A stretch of DNA of 64,000 nucleotides from assembly GCA_964399865.1 (NCBI GenBank), contig CAYNRJ010000001.1:394050-458049 (forward strand), given 5' to 3'. Under the pieces are notes generated by a model that worked only from the letters and a program-made list of their open reading frames with translations, was not told the DNA's origin and ran no database searches. Source of the stretch: an uncultured Candidatus Saccharibacteria bacterium. Its GTDB lineage: Bacteria; Patescibacteriota; Minisyncoccia; Phycocordibacterales; UBA2100. Positions 39,068 to 48,769 of the stretch are shown here, piece by piece; the stretch's first letter is position 1, and every line of letters starts with the position of its first letter. A program made the translations under genes and the position numbers.

Positions 39068-40324
39068 CTACTTAGAAACGACGATACCTATATTCTGAGT
39101 CCTGTTCGCTGTGAGCTTAAAGGAAAGTGGATTTTCAGTCGTCACTTTGTACCCTCGTGGAGCAACATATGACATCTCGTAGGTATCCGCCTGTAGTTTG
39201 CTGAAGATATATCTTCCATCCCTTCCGACAGCCGCAGTATGCTTAACGGGAGTTACCGCTGCTTCCATGAGCTCAACTACTCCCCCGCCGTAGGATTTCT
39301 CAGAGAGGTCTTTCCTCCCATTTGAATTTGAATCTATCCAAACAATACCGGTGACAGTGTACGTTTTGGTATTTTCTACAAATTGAGGCACGCATTTTGC
39401 GTACTGATAACTTCCCGACAATGTACCGTTTCGACATACACGAGTCTCCGACTGACATCCTATGCGTGGAACTTCCCTATCTGTCTTGTAGAACGTCGCT
39501 GAAGAACCGTTAGCAACCGTTTGCCCATCTAACGTGCACGATCTACCAGTAGTCGGTTTGTAACCATATCCATAAGACGTATTCAGCGTGAGCTTGTTGC
39601 CACTTGCACCGCTCACGATAGCTTTTTGTGAGACACATTTGGTGTATCCGTACTTACCCTGGTATCCGTAGGTAACTCTGTTGCACTGGTCACCAGATCC
39701 ACTACCCGAGATAGATGCTTGTATCGTAGCGGCACCTCCAACTTCCTTTGCGTTAGATGCAGATCGCGCCGTCGCACCGAACGTGAGCACGCCCGAAGAC
39801 TGCACGGGATATACGGGAAGTGGTTGTGAGAATGAAACTATGTACGTGTTACCAGACCGAGCCTCTGCACGAACTGGAAGTTTGATGTTGCCGCAGCTTC
39901 CCCCTGGATATCCGTACCCGTACGTAACACCTGCAGGTATGCAGTACCGATAATCCATAGTGAACTCGCTGAGTAGTACCGTGGTCGCCCCCCTACCTGC
40001 CGCTGCTACTTTCACCTCAATAGAATTAAGGTTCGCGAAATTTGTTACGTTCTTAGAGCGCACGTCAAAAGTGGCGAGTATCGTTGGATTTCCGAGAGTG
40101 ACCGCGCCGTTTGGAGTCGAGGCGTTGCGGCTTATTGCTATGAGCGGATTCCCGTTGAATGCAGTGATCGCGGCTGCGAAAAACGTCCCTGCCCCGCCCG
40201 TGAATTGTGCGGAGGCTAAGGTAAATGAACTACCAATGAGAGCGACCGCTGCGACTACTAATCCCGCTTTTTTAATAATCTTGTCCTTCGAGCGCAAGCG
40301 CTTCGAAAAAGATGATTTTTTCAT
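39068..40324 (-). CDS. Secreted surface protein with a C-terminal Cna-B/SdrD-B-like domain
   Basis: Signal peptide. C-terminal VTGIVWIDSNSNGRKD...GRDGRYIF pattern typical of Cna B-type domains. Confidence 0.6.
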   Translation of the reverse strand: MKKSSFSKRLRSKDKIIKKAGLVVAAVALIGSSFTLASAQFTGGAGTFFAAAITAFNGNPLIAISRNASTPNGAVTLGNPTILATFDVRSKNVTNFANLNSIEVKVAAAGRGATTVLLSEFTMDYRYCIPAGVTYGYGYPGGSCGNIKLPVRAEARSGNTYIVSFSQPLPVYPVQSSGVLTFGATARSASNAKEVGGAATIQASISGSGSGDQCNRVTYGYQGKYGYTKCVSQKAIVSGASGNKLTLNTSYGYGYKPTTGRSCTLDGQTVANGSSATFYKTDREVPRIGCQSETRVCRNGTLSGSYQYAKCVPQFVENTKTYTVTGIVWIDSNSNGRKDLSEKSYGGGVVELMEAAVTPVKHTAAVGRDGRYIFSKLQADTYEMSYVAPRGYKVTTENPLSFKLTANRTQNIGIVVSK

Positions 40325-40363
40325 GAAGTATCTACACGATATACCCCCCTTCTTACGGCTGCC

Positions 40364-41785
40364 ATGCTCAACTGGGGAAAACCTTTATTCTACGTACGTT
40401 ACACTTCCTCCATGAAGTCTGTGGGGGCTTTCATAAAACTTCATGCGCGTGAGATCGCACTTATTGTTTTTCTTTGTGTAAGCTCGTCTCTGATTCACCT
40501 CCTCGCCTTCCTTCTTCATGGCCCTCACCCTCTCGGATATGACAGCGGATTTTATCGTCGCTATATACTTCAGCCATTCCACTCATTCCCCAATCCTTCA
40601 GTACCAGGCCTAGGAGATGATGCGCTCGTGCCGCGACTTTTCTTAGATATCGTAGGACTACTTCCTATTTCAACCGATCAAATACTCTACGGCACGTATA
40701 TTTTTTTCTGGGCTCTTCTGCCGGTTGCTATTTATTTTCTGCTGCGACCACATCTCGGTATGCGCGGCTCCTTCGTCGCTGGCCTCCTCATACTGCTTTC
40801 CGCCATTCAGTACAAGGCGTACTGGTTCATGCTTTGGAAGCATTCATTCGCAGCACTCCTTTTTATTCTTGCCCTTATCGCCATTCAAAGGAGGTGGACC
40901 ATTCCCCTTCTCGTATTGGATATTGCAATCGCCTTAAGCCACAAGACTACTGCAATCCTATATCTCGTTACGCTTGGGATTTTATTTCTTATACATACGA
41001 AGGAGAGAAGGTGGATCTTCATACATACAATACTAACCGCTACTCTATTCGCAGTGGTAAATTTTGATATTTTGCACACGGTCTCTCTCGCTGCACCGGT
41101 TGCAATCTTTATGAGCTGGCGCGAGTATCTGTTTTTCTCTGTACCGTTACTCCTGATTCTCCTCGTCGGCAGAACGTGGAGTCTGAGAAACATTCCGATA
41201 TCGCTTCTCGCGTTCGCGGTAGCGAGTTTTCTTTTTCCGATCCTACAACTTCCCTTCCACGAGCGAATATTCATCTACGGTGACATCGCGCTCGTCGCGC
41301 TCGCGGCATTTGCTATCGAGCGCATACTCTCTGAAATAGACTTTTCTAATCCAAAAAAGAAAACCTACCTTTTAGGTGCGACACTTTGTGTAGCGTTTGG
41401 TTTCTATGCAGGTTTTCTTTGGAATGAAATACGTGCTCTTCAACCACTAGTGTCACCGGAGAGTATTGAAGTGATCGAAAAAATTGGGAGCTCGGTGCCA
41501 AGAGATGCGACTATCCTTACGACCTCAGACGAAGCTCCATGGTTCCAAGGGTGGACCTCTTCACACGTAGCTGCGCCGGGTATGTTGTACGATTCGCACA
41601 ATTTTGAAGAATGGATGGCATTGTGGACTTCCACCTCCACCTCAGAGCAAATCGCTTTCTTACATTCCCTTCCACAACCGCTCTACATATCAACTCTAGG
41701 TACCGTGGAGGATCTGATCGGCACACTGCCATCCTGCATTACGGAAATTGCTCCACACCTTTACGAGTTCAGGTGCGCTGAATGA
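40364..41785 (+). CDS. Polytopic membrane protein with >10 TM helices, possibly a glycosyltransferase-like integral membrane enzyme. The start may be the internal Met at 40412.
   Basis: Many hydrophobic helices plus a C-terminal soluble domain. Family not assignable by eye. Confidence 0.6.
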   Translation: MLNWGKPLFYVRYTSSMKSVGAFIKLHAREIALIVFLCVSSSLIHLLAFLLHGPHPLGYDSGFYRRYILQPFHSFPNPSVPGLGDDALVPRLFLDIVGLLPISTDQILYGTYIFFWALLPVAIYFLLRPHLGMRGSFVAGLLILLSAIQYKAYWFMLWKHSFAALLFILALIAIQRRWTIPLLVLDIAIALSHKTTAILYLVTLGILFLIHTKERRWIFIHTILTATLFAVVNFDILHTVSLAAPVAIFMSWREYLFFSVPLLLILLVGRTWSLRNIPISLLAFAVASFLFPILQLPFHERIFIYGDIALVALAAFAIERILSEIDFSNPKKKTYLLGATLCVAFGFYAGFLWNEIRALQPLVSPESIEVIEKIGSSVPRDATILTTSDEAPWFQGWTSSHVAAPGMLYDSHNFEEWMALWTSTSTSEQIAFLHSLPQPLYISTLGTVEDLIGTLPSCITEIAPHLYEFRCAE

Positions 41786-41790
41786 AATAG

Positions 41791-42249
41791 TTGTATAGTA
41801 GCGACATGTCTCTCATTGAGAACAAGCGCATAGGTCTTGAGTACTCAATCCTCGAGGAAATCGAGGCGGGTTTGGAATTACTGGGACTTGAAGTGAAGTC
41901 CCTCCGAGCGGGACTTGGCTCAATAAAAGGAGCGCGCGTAGTCGCCCGTGGCGGAGAAGTCTATCTCGTAGGAGCTACCATCCCAGCATGGCAGATTGCC
42001 AACGCTCCCAAATCGTATGATCCCGAGAGAACTCGAAGACTTCTCCTTTCTCACAAGGAAATCCTGCAAGTTGCTGCCGCAGAGGCCCAAAAAGGGTTGA
42101 CAATTGTGCCAATTAAGGTGTATAATAAAGGGAGAAATCTCAAACTCTCTATCGGTGTTGCCCGCGGTAAGAAAAAGGAAGATAAACGTCAAACTATACG
42201 GGCACGCGAAGAGAAACGTCGGATCGATAGAACTTTGAAATCACGATAA
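41791..42249 (+). CDS. smpB: SsrA-binding protein
   Basis: 152 aa, typical SmpB blocks (IENKRIGLEYSILEEIEAGLEL, basic C-terminal tail). Directly upstream of tmRNA. Confidence 0.9.
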   Translation: MYSSDMSLIENKRIGLEYSILEEIEAGLELLGLEVKSLRAGLGSIKGARVVARGGEVYLVGATIPAWQIANAPKSYDPERTRRLLLSHKEILQVAAAEAQKGLTIVPIKVYNKGRNLKLSIGVARGKKKEDKRQTIRAREEKRRIDRTLKSR

Positions 42250-42296
42250 TTGGAGAATGTCAGCCGTTCGCGAAGGGAGAATGAAGTGCTCTCTTC

Positions 42297-42686
42297 GGGG
42301 GTGACTGGCTTCGACAAGGAAATCGACATATGTGTGTGCGGGCAAAGCTGCAGTAGCTTTCTAAACCGCTGCAACAATTCAAGTGCAAACAAAACTGCAC
42401 GGGGGGTTCTCTCACCTATTCAGATGGGAAACCTCAGCTTCGCTTAAGCTTTAACGCTTAATCGGCCGTCCGTGAACATGGCTACCTGAGGCCGGTTCAT
42501 TTGGGCGTCACTTCACTCAGGCACTGAGGCGCACGTCCGCGCGTCTCTAAGATAAGGACTCGGCTTTGCGAGTTTCTGATCAATCTTATACTCGCATCGC
42601 TTAAACCTTCAGAATGATCTACGCCTCGTAGAATCACACATACTGTTTTTCTTTGGACGGGAGTTCGATTCTCCCCACCTCCACCA
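42297..42686 (+). ncRNA. ssrA: tmRNA (SsrA). Predicted tag peptide ANKTARGVLSPIQMGNLSFA.
   Basis: 5' GGGGGTGACTGGCTTCGAC. 3' tRNA-like end GGACGGGAGTTCGATTCTCCCCACCTCCACCA with G3:U70. In-frame tag ORF ending at TAA (42445-42447). Confidence 0.88.
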
Positions 42687-42695
42687 GAAATAGAA

Positions 42696-42725
42696 AAACC
42701 GCCGAGAAATCGGCGGTTTTTCTGT
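42696..42725. terminator. Bidirectional intrinsic terminator after tmRNA
   Basis: aaaaaccgccga-gaaa-tcggcggttttt. Confidence 0.7.
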
Positions 42726-42742
42726 TGCTCACCAACTTCCCG

Positions 42743-43468
42743 TTAGTTAGTTGTTTTGAAGCTCGATGGCCACGTTACTTGGACGTTACCCGATGCATCT
42801 CTTGCGTAGAGCACGTAGTAATACGTGGTATTCGGTTGGAGTCCCGAGATACTTACATTTTGTGTAACACGGAGCATAGTGTCAGTCATAGCAGAAGTGC
42901 CACCGATCGTTACGTCAGTCGGAGAATCCGAGAGCGATGGCCACGTCGTGCCGTAGTAGACGATACCTGCCGCCTGTTCGTTTGTGTTCCACTGGATGGA
43001 AGCAGAGTTTCTGCCCACGGCAGGAGTGATTGCCCAGATAGTTGGTGCAGTGACATCCCCTCCGACGCTGCCTCCCCCGCTCATCTGCGCGTTAATTGCG
43101 GCGAGGGTAACCGGTCCTACACGACCAACAGTTGCGATTCCATTCTTTGCTTGGAAGTTTGAAACTGCAGCTTTAGTAAGTGTACCGAAGTATCCCGTCA
43201 CAAGACCTTGTGGATAGATTGTTGGATCCTGCGCCAAGAACGTCTGGAGCGATGAAACATCAGCACCGCTATCTCCTATCTCCAATTGACGGGTCAAAGC
43301 AGCGTGAGCAATGCCTACAGTCGCAAAGACCGAGAGTATCAGGAAGAGTGCGAGGCCTCCAATTTGTACGAGAGTTCTGAGATTTGTCTTTGTTATTGTC
43401 ATATTTTTTCTGATTGAGGCGAGTAATAAGTGGTAGCCGTACGCGTAAGTCTTCGGCCAACGAAGCAT
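42743..43468 (-). CDS. Secreted protein with a peptidoglycan-binding domain and a fibronectin-III-like domain
   Basis: TM/signal segment. IGDSGADVSSLQTFLAQD...GYFGTLTKAAVSNFQ PG-binding motif, paralogous to 31103-32452. Confidence 0.7.
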   Translation of the reverse strand: MLRWPKTYAYGYHLLLASIRKNMTITKTNLRTLVQIGGLALFLILSVFATVGIAHAALTRQLEIGDSGADVSSLQTFLAQDPTIYPQGLVTGYFGTLTKAAVSNFQAKNGIATVGRVGPVTLAAINAQMSGGGSVGGDVTAPTIWAITPAVGRNSASIQWNTNEQAAGIVYYGTTWPSLSDSPTDVTIGGTSAMTDTMLRVTQNVSISGLQPNTTYYYVLYARDASGNVQVTWPSSFKTTN

Positions 43469-43710
43469 CTGTGCATACTTAGCTGGAAGATGAGACTTAT
43501 GTAGGTATTGTGGTGTTCCTCGGATCGATGATCCTTAGGACATCGTGTGAAGGGCGCTAATATAACCTGGAACTTTTCCACTGGGAATGTCTGAGACAAT
43601 CACAGCCGACTGTCGGAGCAGTCACAAGTCATTAAAGTACAGCGCTCTGATGCGATACCTGCAACCAGGTTACACGGTATCAATAGCTCATGAAGAGTGA
43701 GTGAAGTTGT

Positions 43711-44379
43711 TTATCTTTTCCTTTCGAAACTCACTTCCTGTGGGCCAGCTGCGTATGGTCCCACTTGGTACTGTTGGAATATAAATGTCACTGTATCTTT
43801 TGAAATACTAAACGAACTGAAGTTTTCAGGATTCGTTGTCGCTCCTTCCGGGAAGAACGCCTCCCCCAGTTTTGCCTGGAGCTCCGTCGTAACTTTCACT
43901 GAAACTTCTTCGACTGTGAGGTCAATCATTCGTAGTGCATCCTCTAACGCGAGCCTCCTCCCTGTTACTCGATCGAAGTTAACTCCGCTTATAAGAGAAA
44001 GTGGGTGCGCACCGCCCGTATATTGAGAGAGAACGAGTTGGACGCTAATCACATCGGGTCCTACATACGCATTACTGAACGAGCCGTCAAAAGAATTCTT
44101 TGGGGTCGCAGATTCTGGAGGGTTGGCGGGCATAGATTTTAATTCTGCGATCGCGTCTTCCACATCTGCTTTTATTTGCGCATCGATAAGCGGCATTCCA
44201 AATTGAGGATACTTTGCTTTTATGGAATACGTATCGGTCGACTCGTTTATCTCAGCCACTTGAATCTCCGCATCGCTGTGCTCAGTCTTCTCGTCCATCA
44301 CCTTCGCTATCTGCGGCGAAAAACTGTAGCCGATGAATATGCCGATGATCAGTAGAACGATTGCACCAATTAATTTCAT
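43711..44379 (-). CDS. DUF3298/DUF4163 (RsiV-like) domain protein with an N-terminal anchor
   Basis: YTGGAHP motif and surrounding pattern typical of DUF3298. Signal/TM at the N-terminus. Confidence 0.6.
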   Translation of the reverse strand: MKLIGAIVLLIIGIFIGYSFSPQIAKVMDEKTEHSDAEIQVAEINESTDTYSIKAKYPQFGMPLIDAQIKADVEDAIAELKSMPANPPESATPKNSFDGSFSNAYVGPDVISVQLVLSQYTGGAHPLSLISGVNFDRVTGRRLALEDALRMIDLTVEEVSVKVTTELQAKLGEAFFPEGATTNPENFSSFSISKDTVTFIFQQYQVGPYAAGPQEVSFERKR

Positions 44380-44407
44380 ATATCGAGGAGTTGTTCTGAT
44401 ACTCTAT

Positions 44408-44833
44408 TTATAATTCTAGTCGATACACATTCGTCTCCCGTATCTGAAACCCGAGTTTCTGATAGAGCTTATTTGCAGCGACTCGATCAGGTCGACTTGT
44501 CAGCTGGATCGAGCGAGCACAATTTTCTTTCGCACGTTCTACCCCCTTCTCACACAACATCTTGCCGATGCCTTTTCCTCGCGCAGCCTCGTCAACAACG
44601 ACATCTTCCAGAAGTGCTGTGATGCCACCGGGCTTCACGATAAGAATGAGGGTCGTCATTCCGACTATCTTCCCTTCATCCATCGCAACCCACAGTTCCG
44701 TGGTTTCGTTTTGGACAACCCTCTCTAAATGAGCGAGCGTGCAGGTCCGGCCATTTGAAAGCTGATTTAGCAGCGTGTTTATTTCGGCGCATGCTGCTTC
44801 GTTTGCAGCTTTCAACTGTACGATCTCCGTCAT
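44408..44833 (-). CDS. GNAT-family N-acetyltransferase
   Basis: Acetyl-CoA motif A (RGKGIGKML) in a 141-aa protein. Confidence 0.8.
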   Translation of the reverse strand: MTEIVQLKAANEAACAEINTLLNQLSNGRTCTLAHLERVVQNETTELWVAMDEGKIVGMTTLILIVKPGGITALLEDVVVDEAARGKGIGKMLCEKGVERAKENCARSIQLTSRPDRVAANKLYQKLGFQIRETNVYRLEL

Positions 44834-44930
44834 AAGCGCATAGTAGCGCCAAATAGTTGCTCGTACAATGAAGCCTTCTATACCCAGCCTTGCACTTTTC
44901 CCTCCTCAGATGCTCTATACTTCTTACTAC

Positions 44931-46229
44931 ATGCGTCGCGCTATATCTGCAGGTGTGAAAAGTATAGGTTTGCTTACTTTTATCGCATTCGTTCTCTTCC
45001 CATTGGGACAATCGACAATCGCCGCAGCTGATGCGTGTCCCGAGGGTACGCGCCCTGCGAAAAGCGCGGATCTCCCTCTCATGCGTGCAGCGGGTATATC
45101 GGGTGCTGTGGTTGGCATGTGCTGGGACCCTACCGATGCGGATCTAGGAACAACACCCTCTGAGGCAAAAACATATCTGTTGAGTTTGCCACGACAAGCG
45201 GTTAACGGATCAAGATGTGCACCTCCCGAGAATGATGAAAACATCCAGCGCCTTAACTCGACGTTCGCTATCTGTGCGGCGCGTTTTTTCCGATCATACA
45301 CAGCTGCCTACGGAAATGTCCTCATCACGTCAGCCTTTAGAGACGGCACGCCGGGGAGTTCACCAAATGGTGGCGGTGAGAGCGCCAATCAATGCGCGGG
45401 AGGTGCCGAGCAATCAAATCACACAATAGGCATTGCTATGGATGTGCACCCAGCAAACGGAGATTACGAAACAATGTGGGAATTTGCATCGAACAACCCT
45501 CAGTTTGGAGTTTGTTTTCCGTTTCAAGACGGCAGAATAAATGGGTATAGCGACCGCCCCCACATGGTGCTTGCGGGGACCGGAGGTAATGAAGCCTCGC
45601 TATGTGCGATGCAAGGTGTCGTATATTCTTGCGAGGGACAGTCATATACTCCAAGCACAATTACATACTCTCCCAACGTGGACAGACCTGTTATCGAGAT
45701 TGCCCAGACTGTTGGACAGTACCTGTATCCAGACCTAACAGAGGAGTATCAGGATTCACCATATCCTCTTTTATCTGCACTCATCGAAACGATCTTCTCT
45801 CTCCCCATGACCCAAAACCCATCTGGGAATAACGACGAGAATAATCCTTTTCCTTTCCTCACTGGGGATCGTCCGGGCATTTTCTCCGATAACAATGACT
45901 CACCCACCTCAGGAGGTATATCTATTTACTCTGGCTGGCAAAACAATCCGGGAGGAGGGTCAACATCGTCCCCATTCATCCTGATCGTGAATGGAAATGA
46001 CGTTACGGGAATCCAGAACGGCACATCCTCCAATCCAACAATCGTCTGGCAAGGAAATACGTATCAGTTAACACCTGTGGCGCAGGAGACTTTCGGAGAT
46101 GGAACATTCGGATCTAATAATTCTCCGCGCGGTAACGACGGAGGGTCCACCTTTTCAGAAAGAATAGGAGCCGGTATCGCCTCCTTCTTCCGCGGCCTAC
46201 TCGAATACCTGACGTCTTTCGGAAACTAA
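44931..46229 (+). CDS. Secreted LAS/M15-type metallopeptidase-like protein (VanY/D,D-carboxypeptidase-like core) with a Gly/Ser/Asn-rich C-terminus
   Basis: ITSAFRD ... SNHTIGIAMDVH (HxxxGxAxD) ... DRPHMV. Spacing resembles M15 zinc ligands. TM/signal at the N-terminus. The start is chosen at an internal Met. Confidence 0.55.
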   Translation: MRRAISAGVKSIGLLTFIAFVLFPLGQSTIAAADACPEGTRPAKSADLPLMRAAGISGAVVGMCWDPTDADLGTTPSEAKTYLLSLPRQAVNGSRCAPPENDENIQRLNSTFAICAARFFRSYTAAYGNVLITSAFRDGTPGSSPNGGGESANQCAGGAEQSNHTIGIAMDVHPANGDYETMWEFASNNPQFGVCFPFQDGRINGYSDRPHMVLAGTGGNEASLCAMQGVVYSCEGQSYTPSTITYSPNVDRPVIEIAQTVGQYLYPDLTEEYQDSPYPLLSALIETIFSLPMTQNPSGNNDENNPFPFLTGDRPGIFSDNNDSPTSGGISIYSGWQNNPGGGSTSSPFILIVNGNDVTGIQNGTSSNPTIVWQGNTYQLTPVAQETFGDGTFGSNNSPRGNDGGSTFSERIGAGIASFFRGLLEYLTSFGN

Positions 46230-46288
46230 AGGGTAGTGGTATAGTTCCGACACAATAAATCGCACGGAAGACGGGCGATGAAACACAA

Positions 46289-46924
46289 ATGGGATTCACA
46301 AAATACACTTCGCAGGTTGAAAAGGAGCGCGCTCGAATGAACGAGGGCATCCGCGCTCGTGAAGTACGTGTACTAGGAGCTGAAGGTCAGAACTTCGGCG
46401 TCATGAAGATCGAAGATGCAATCCTCAAAGCTCGCGAAAGTGGCCTCGACCTCATTGAGATCTCCCCTAACGCCGTTCCTCCTGTCTGCAAAATTACAGA
46501 CTACGGCAAGTTTAAGTACGAATTGAAAAAGAAAGAGAAGGAAGTGAAAGCGAACGCACACGTCACAGAAACAAAGGTGACACAGGTAAAGATCGGAACA
46601 TCGGAGCGCGACATGCAGATCAAGGCATCGAAGGCAGCCACCTGGCTACGCGATGGCCACCGCGTGAAAGTAGACCTCTTTTTGTGGGGTCGTTATAAGT
46701 ACATGGAATTTAACTTCCTCAAGGAACGTTTGGAGCGCTTCCTCGCGTTCATTCCGGAAGGATACAAAGTAGCCGAGGATATCCAAAAGAGCCCGAAGGG
46801 TCTCTCTATAGTTCTTGAGCGCGACGCATCCAAAAAACCACCAAAACCTAAGGCTGCGCCCAAAGCAGAGCCAGCACCGCTCGAAGCAGAGGAGTCTGAA
46901 ACAGAAGAGAAAGAAACACTTTAA
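46289..46924 (+). CDS. infC: Translation initiation factor IF-3 with a Lys/Glu/Ala-rich C-terminal extension. The true start codon may be a non-ATG codon upstream.
   Basis: IRAREVRVLGAEGQNFGVMKIEDAILKARESGLDLIEISPNAVPPVCKI and C-domain blocks. Confidence 0.9.
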   Translation: MGFTKYTSQVEKERARMNEGIRAREVRVLGAEGQNFGVMKIEDAILKARESGLDLIEISPNAVPPVCKITDYGKFKYELKKKEKEVKANAHVTETKVTQVKIGTSERDMQIKASKAATWLRDGHRVKVDLFLWGRYKYMEFNFLKERLERFLAFIPEGYKVAEDIQKSPKGLSIVLERDASKKPPKPKAAPKAEPAPLEAEESETEEKETL

Positions 46925-47080
46925 GACGTGTGTCTTTGGGGGTGTCTCGCAGCGCGTCGGCGCGAGAGGCAGCGCTCCGCCAGCAGGCGGAGACAGCGAC
47001 CCTCAAGGGCACACGGCGTAAAGGGTTGCTGCCAGGAAAGCTTGCTTTTTGGCTTAATTCTGGCAGAATGGCGCGACTGT
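46925..47080 (+). promoter_or_regulatory. GC-rich structured leader between infC and rpmI. Candidate L20-responsive autoregulatory element.
   Basis: Hairpins ccgcc-agcag-gcgg and ttgctgccagg...ctggcagaa immediately 5' of rpmI. Confidence 0.3.
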
Positions 47081-47266
47081 ATGAAAACAAATAAGTCATA
47101 TTCTAAGCGCCTTCGAGTGACTCGAAAGGGCAAGATCATAGCGCGTGCCCCAGGCCAAAACCACTTCAATGCCAAGGAATCAGGCAAGGGTCGCATGCAC
47201 CGCCGCCGCTCAGTCGCCTTCCACGGGATACTAACAGCGAGCGATAAGAGCCGTTTCCTCTCATAA
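47081..47266 (+). CDS. rpmI: 50S ribosomal protein L35
   Basis: MKTNKSYSKRLRVTRKGKI... basic 61-aa protein between infC and rplT. Confidence 0.85.
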   Translation: MKTNKSYSKRLRVTRKGKIIARAPGQNHFNAKESGKGRMHRRRSVAFHGILTASDKSRFLS

Positions 47267-47273
47267 ATAATAT

Positions 47274-47621
47274 ATGTCACGAGTAAAGCGAGGAGTAATG
47301 AAGAATAAGCACCGCAAGAACATCTTGGCGCAAACCAAGGGGTATCGTTTCGGTAGGAAGAGCAAAGAGCGCGTTGCGAAGGAAGCAATCCATCATGCAG
47401 GAGCTCACGCGTTCCGCCATCGCCGCGCTAAGAAACGCGAGTACCGCAACCTCTGGACACTTCGCCTAAACGCCGCGGTCCGCCCTCTTGGTTTCTCATA
47501 CTCAAGATTCATCGGAACTCTAAAGAAGAACAACATCCTTCTCGATCGTAAGACCCTCTCGGCCCTCGCAAAGGACTACCCAGAGATCTTCACTCGCCTC
47601 TCAGAGCAATTGAAGAAATAA
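47274..47621 (+). CDS. rplT: 50S ribosomal protein L20
   Basis: MSRVKRGVMKNKHRKNILAQTKGYRFGRKS... typical of L20. Confidence 0.93.
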   Translation: MSRVKRGVMKNKHRKNILAQTKGYRFGRKSKERVAKEAIHHAGAHAFRHRRAKKREYRNLWTLRLNAAVRPLGFSYSRFIGTLKKNNILLDRKTLSALAKDYPEIFTRLSEQLKK

Positions 47622-47639
47622 GCGTCTCCGCAGTTTTTG

Positions 47640-47685
47640 AGGCAAAAAGGGGCTAGAGAATATACTCGGCCCCTTTTGCGTTAGC
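47640..47685. terminator. Bidirectional intrinsic terminator after rplT
   Basis: aaaaaggggc-tagagaatatactc-ggccccttttt. Confidence 0.7.
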
Positions 47686-48342
47686 ATCCCACTTCTCGGG
47701 ATTATTGAATACCAGGTTTGTCGCTTCCTTGTCTTTGACGACAAGTTCTATGAGGCGTTCAACAAGTGCCTTCGGATCGGAATCACGTATTACTTTATTA
47801 TTTGGACGGTGCGCAGATTCCATGACTCTTTGAAGTATCTCGTCTGTCTCCCAACTCCCCTCCAGGATCCCTATAGGGCGCTTATCCTCAAAGGCGACTG
47901 AGAATTCATTTAGTGTGCCGATGCGACCACAGCCGATCACAACCGCATCAGACGAGCGCACCAAGAGTAGATCGCGCCCTGAATAGCCGAAACCTGTATA
48001 TACGATGACATCCATGTACTCAAGTGGGAGCTTATACACTTCGCGATGCTCACGCTCTGTAGCTGCTGGGGAGAATCCTATTGAAAAACCACATTCGTCC
48101 TTCGCGCCCATCGCCGCATAGAGTGGAAATCCGGTGGTTGCACCCGTAGTGATGATCGCCCCTTGTCGTGCAATCTCTCGTCCCACTTCTTTTGCCTTAT
48201 CAAATGCATCCAAACCGCAGTACCCTGTTTCTGCGGCTCCAGAAACGCAGATCTTTACTACTCCGTACCCACTTGGAAGACGACAAAAATTACGTGGCAC
48301 CGCCAAATGATTTGGGTGGATGATGCGATGCTTCAATGACAT
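47653..48342 (-). CDS. LOG/TIGR00725-like Rossmann-fold protein (possible lysine-decarboxylase-like / SLOG domain)
   Basis: PGGxGTxxE-like block (GCGRIGTLNEF) and a GAxxTTGATTG region. The start is trimmed to an internal Met that abuts the upstream gene. Confidence 0.65.
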   Translation of the reverse strand: MSLKHRIIHPNHLAVPRNFCRLPSGYGVVKICVSGAAETGYCGLDAFDKAKEVGREIARQGAIITTGATTGFPLYAAMGAKDECGFSIGFSPAATEREHREVYKLPLEYMDVIVYTGFGYSGRDLLLVRSSDAVVIGCGRIGTLNEFSVAFEDKRPIGILEGSWETDEILQRVMESAHRPNNKVIRDSDPKALVERLIELVVKDKEATNLVFNNPEKWDANAKGAEYIL

Positions 48343-48349
48343 TGGAAAA

Positions 48350-48769
48350 TTATAACACTGCTTTAGATGATTTTGAGTGCAAAACGATAGATCGGCCCAA
48401 AAAACCACCGAGTGCTCCACCGAAGGCGTCCATAAAAAGATCGATGCTCGTATCGAATGCCCAATTTGCTTCTCGAGGCATACCAATCACAACCTCAAAC
48501 ACTTCCCATACAAGACCTACCAGAATTGCGCCAGCGATACTCCACGCGATGCTCGGTGCAAAACCGAAGAACGTACGCAGAGATAAAAAGAAAAGCCCGA
48601 CGGATATGCCGCCGAGTGTGTGGGCTAGCGTGTCCAACCAGACAAAACGCCAGTATAAGTAATGTTCGATGCCGAGGAGATGGAGGGTAGCTAGCGCGCC
48701 AAGAATAAAGAATTGTGCGATAAGCAGAGCGCGATAAGGCATATTTCCTATTCTAACATTCAGCATCAC
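48350..48769 (-). CDS. Small 4-TM membrane protein, function unknown
   Basis: Hydrophobic 139-aa ORF. Preceded by a long structured leader. Confidence 0.6.
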   Translation of the reverse strand: MMLNVRIGNMPYRALLIAQFFILGALATLHLLGIEHYLYWRFVWLDTLAHTLGGISVGLFFLSLRTFFGFAPSIAWSIAGAILVGLVWEVFEVVIGMPREANWAFDTSIDLFMDAFGGALGGFLGRSIVLHSKSSKAVL

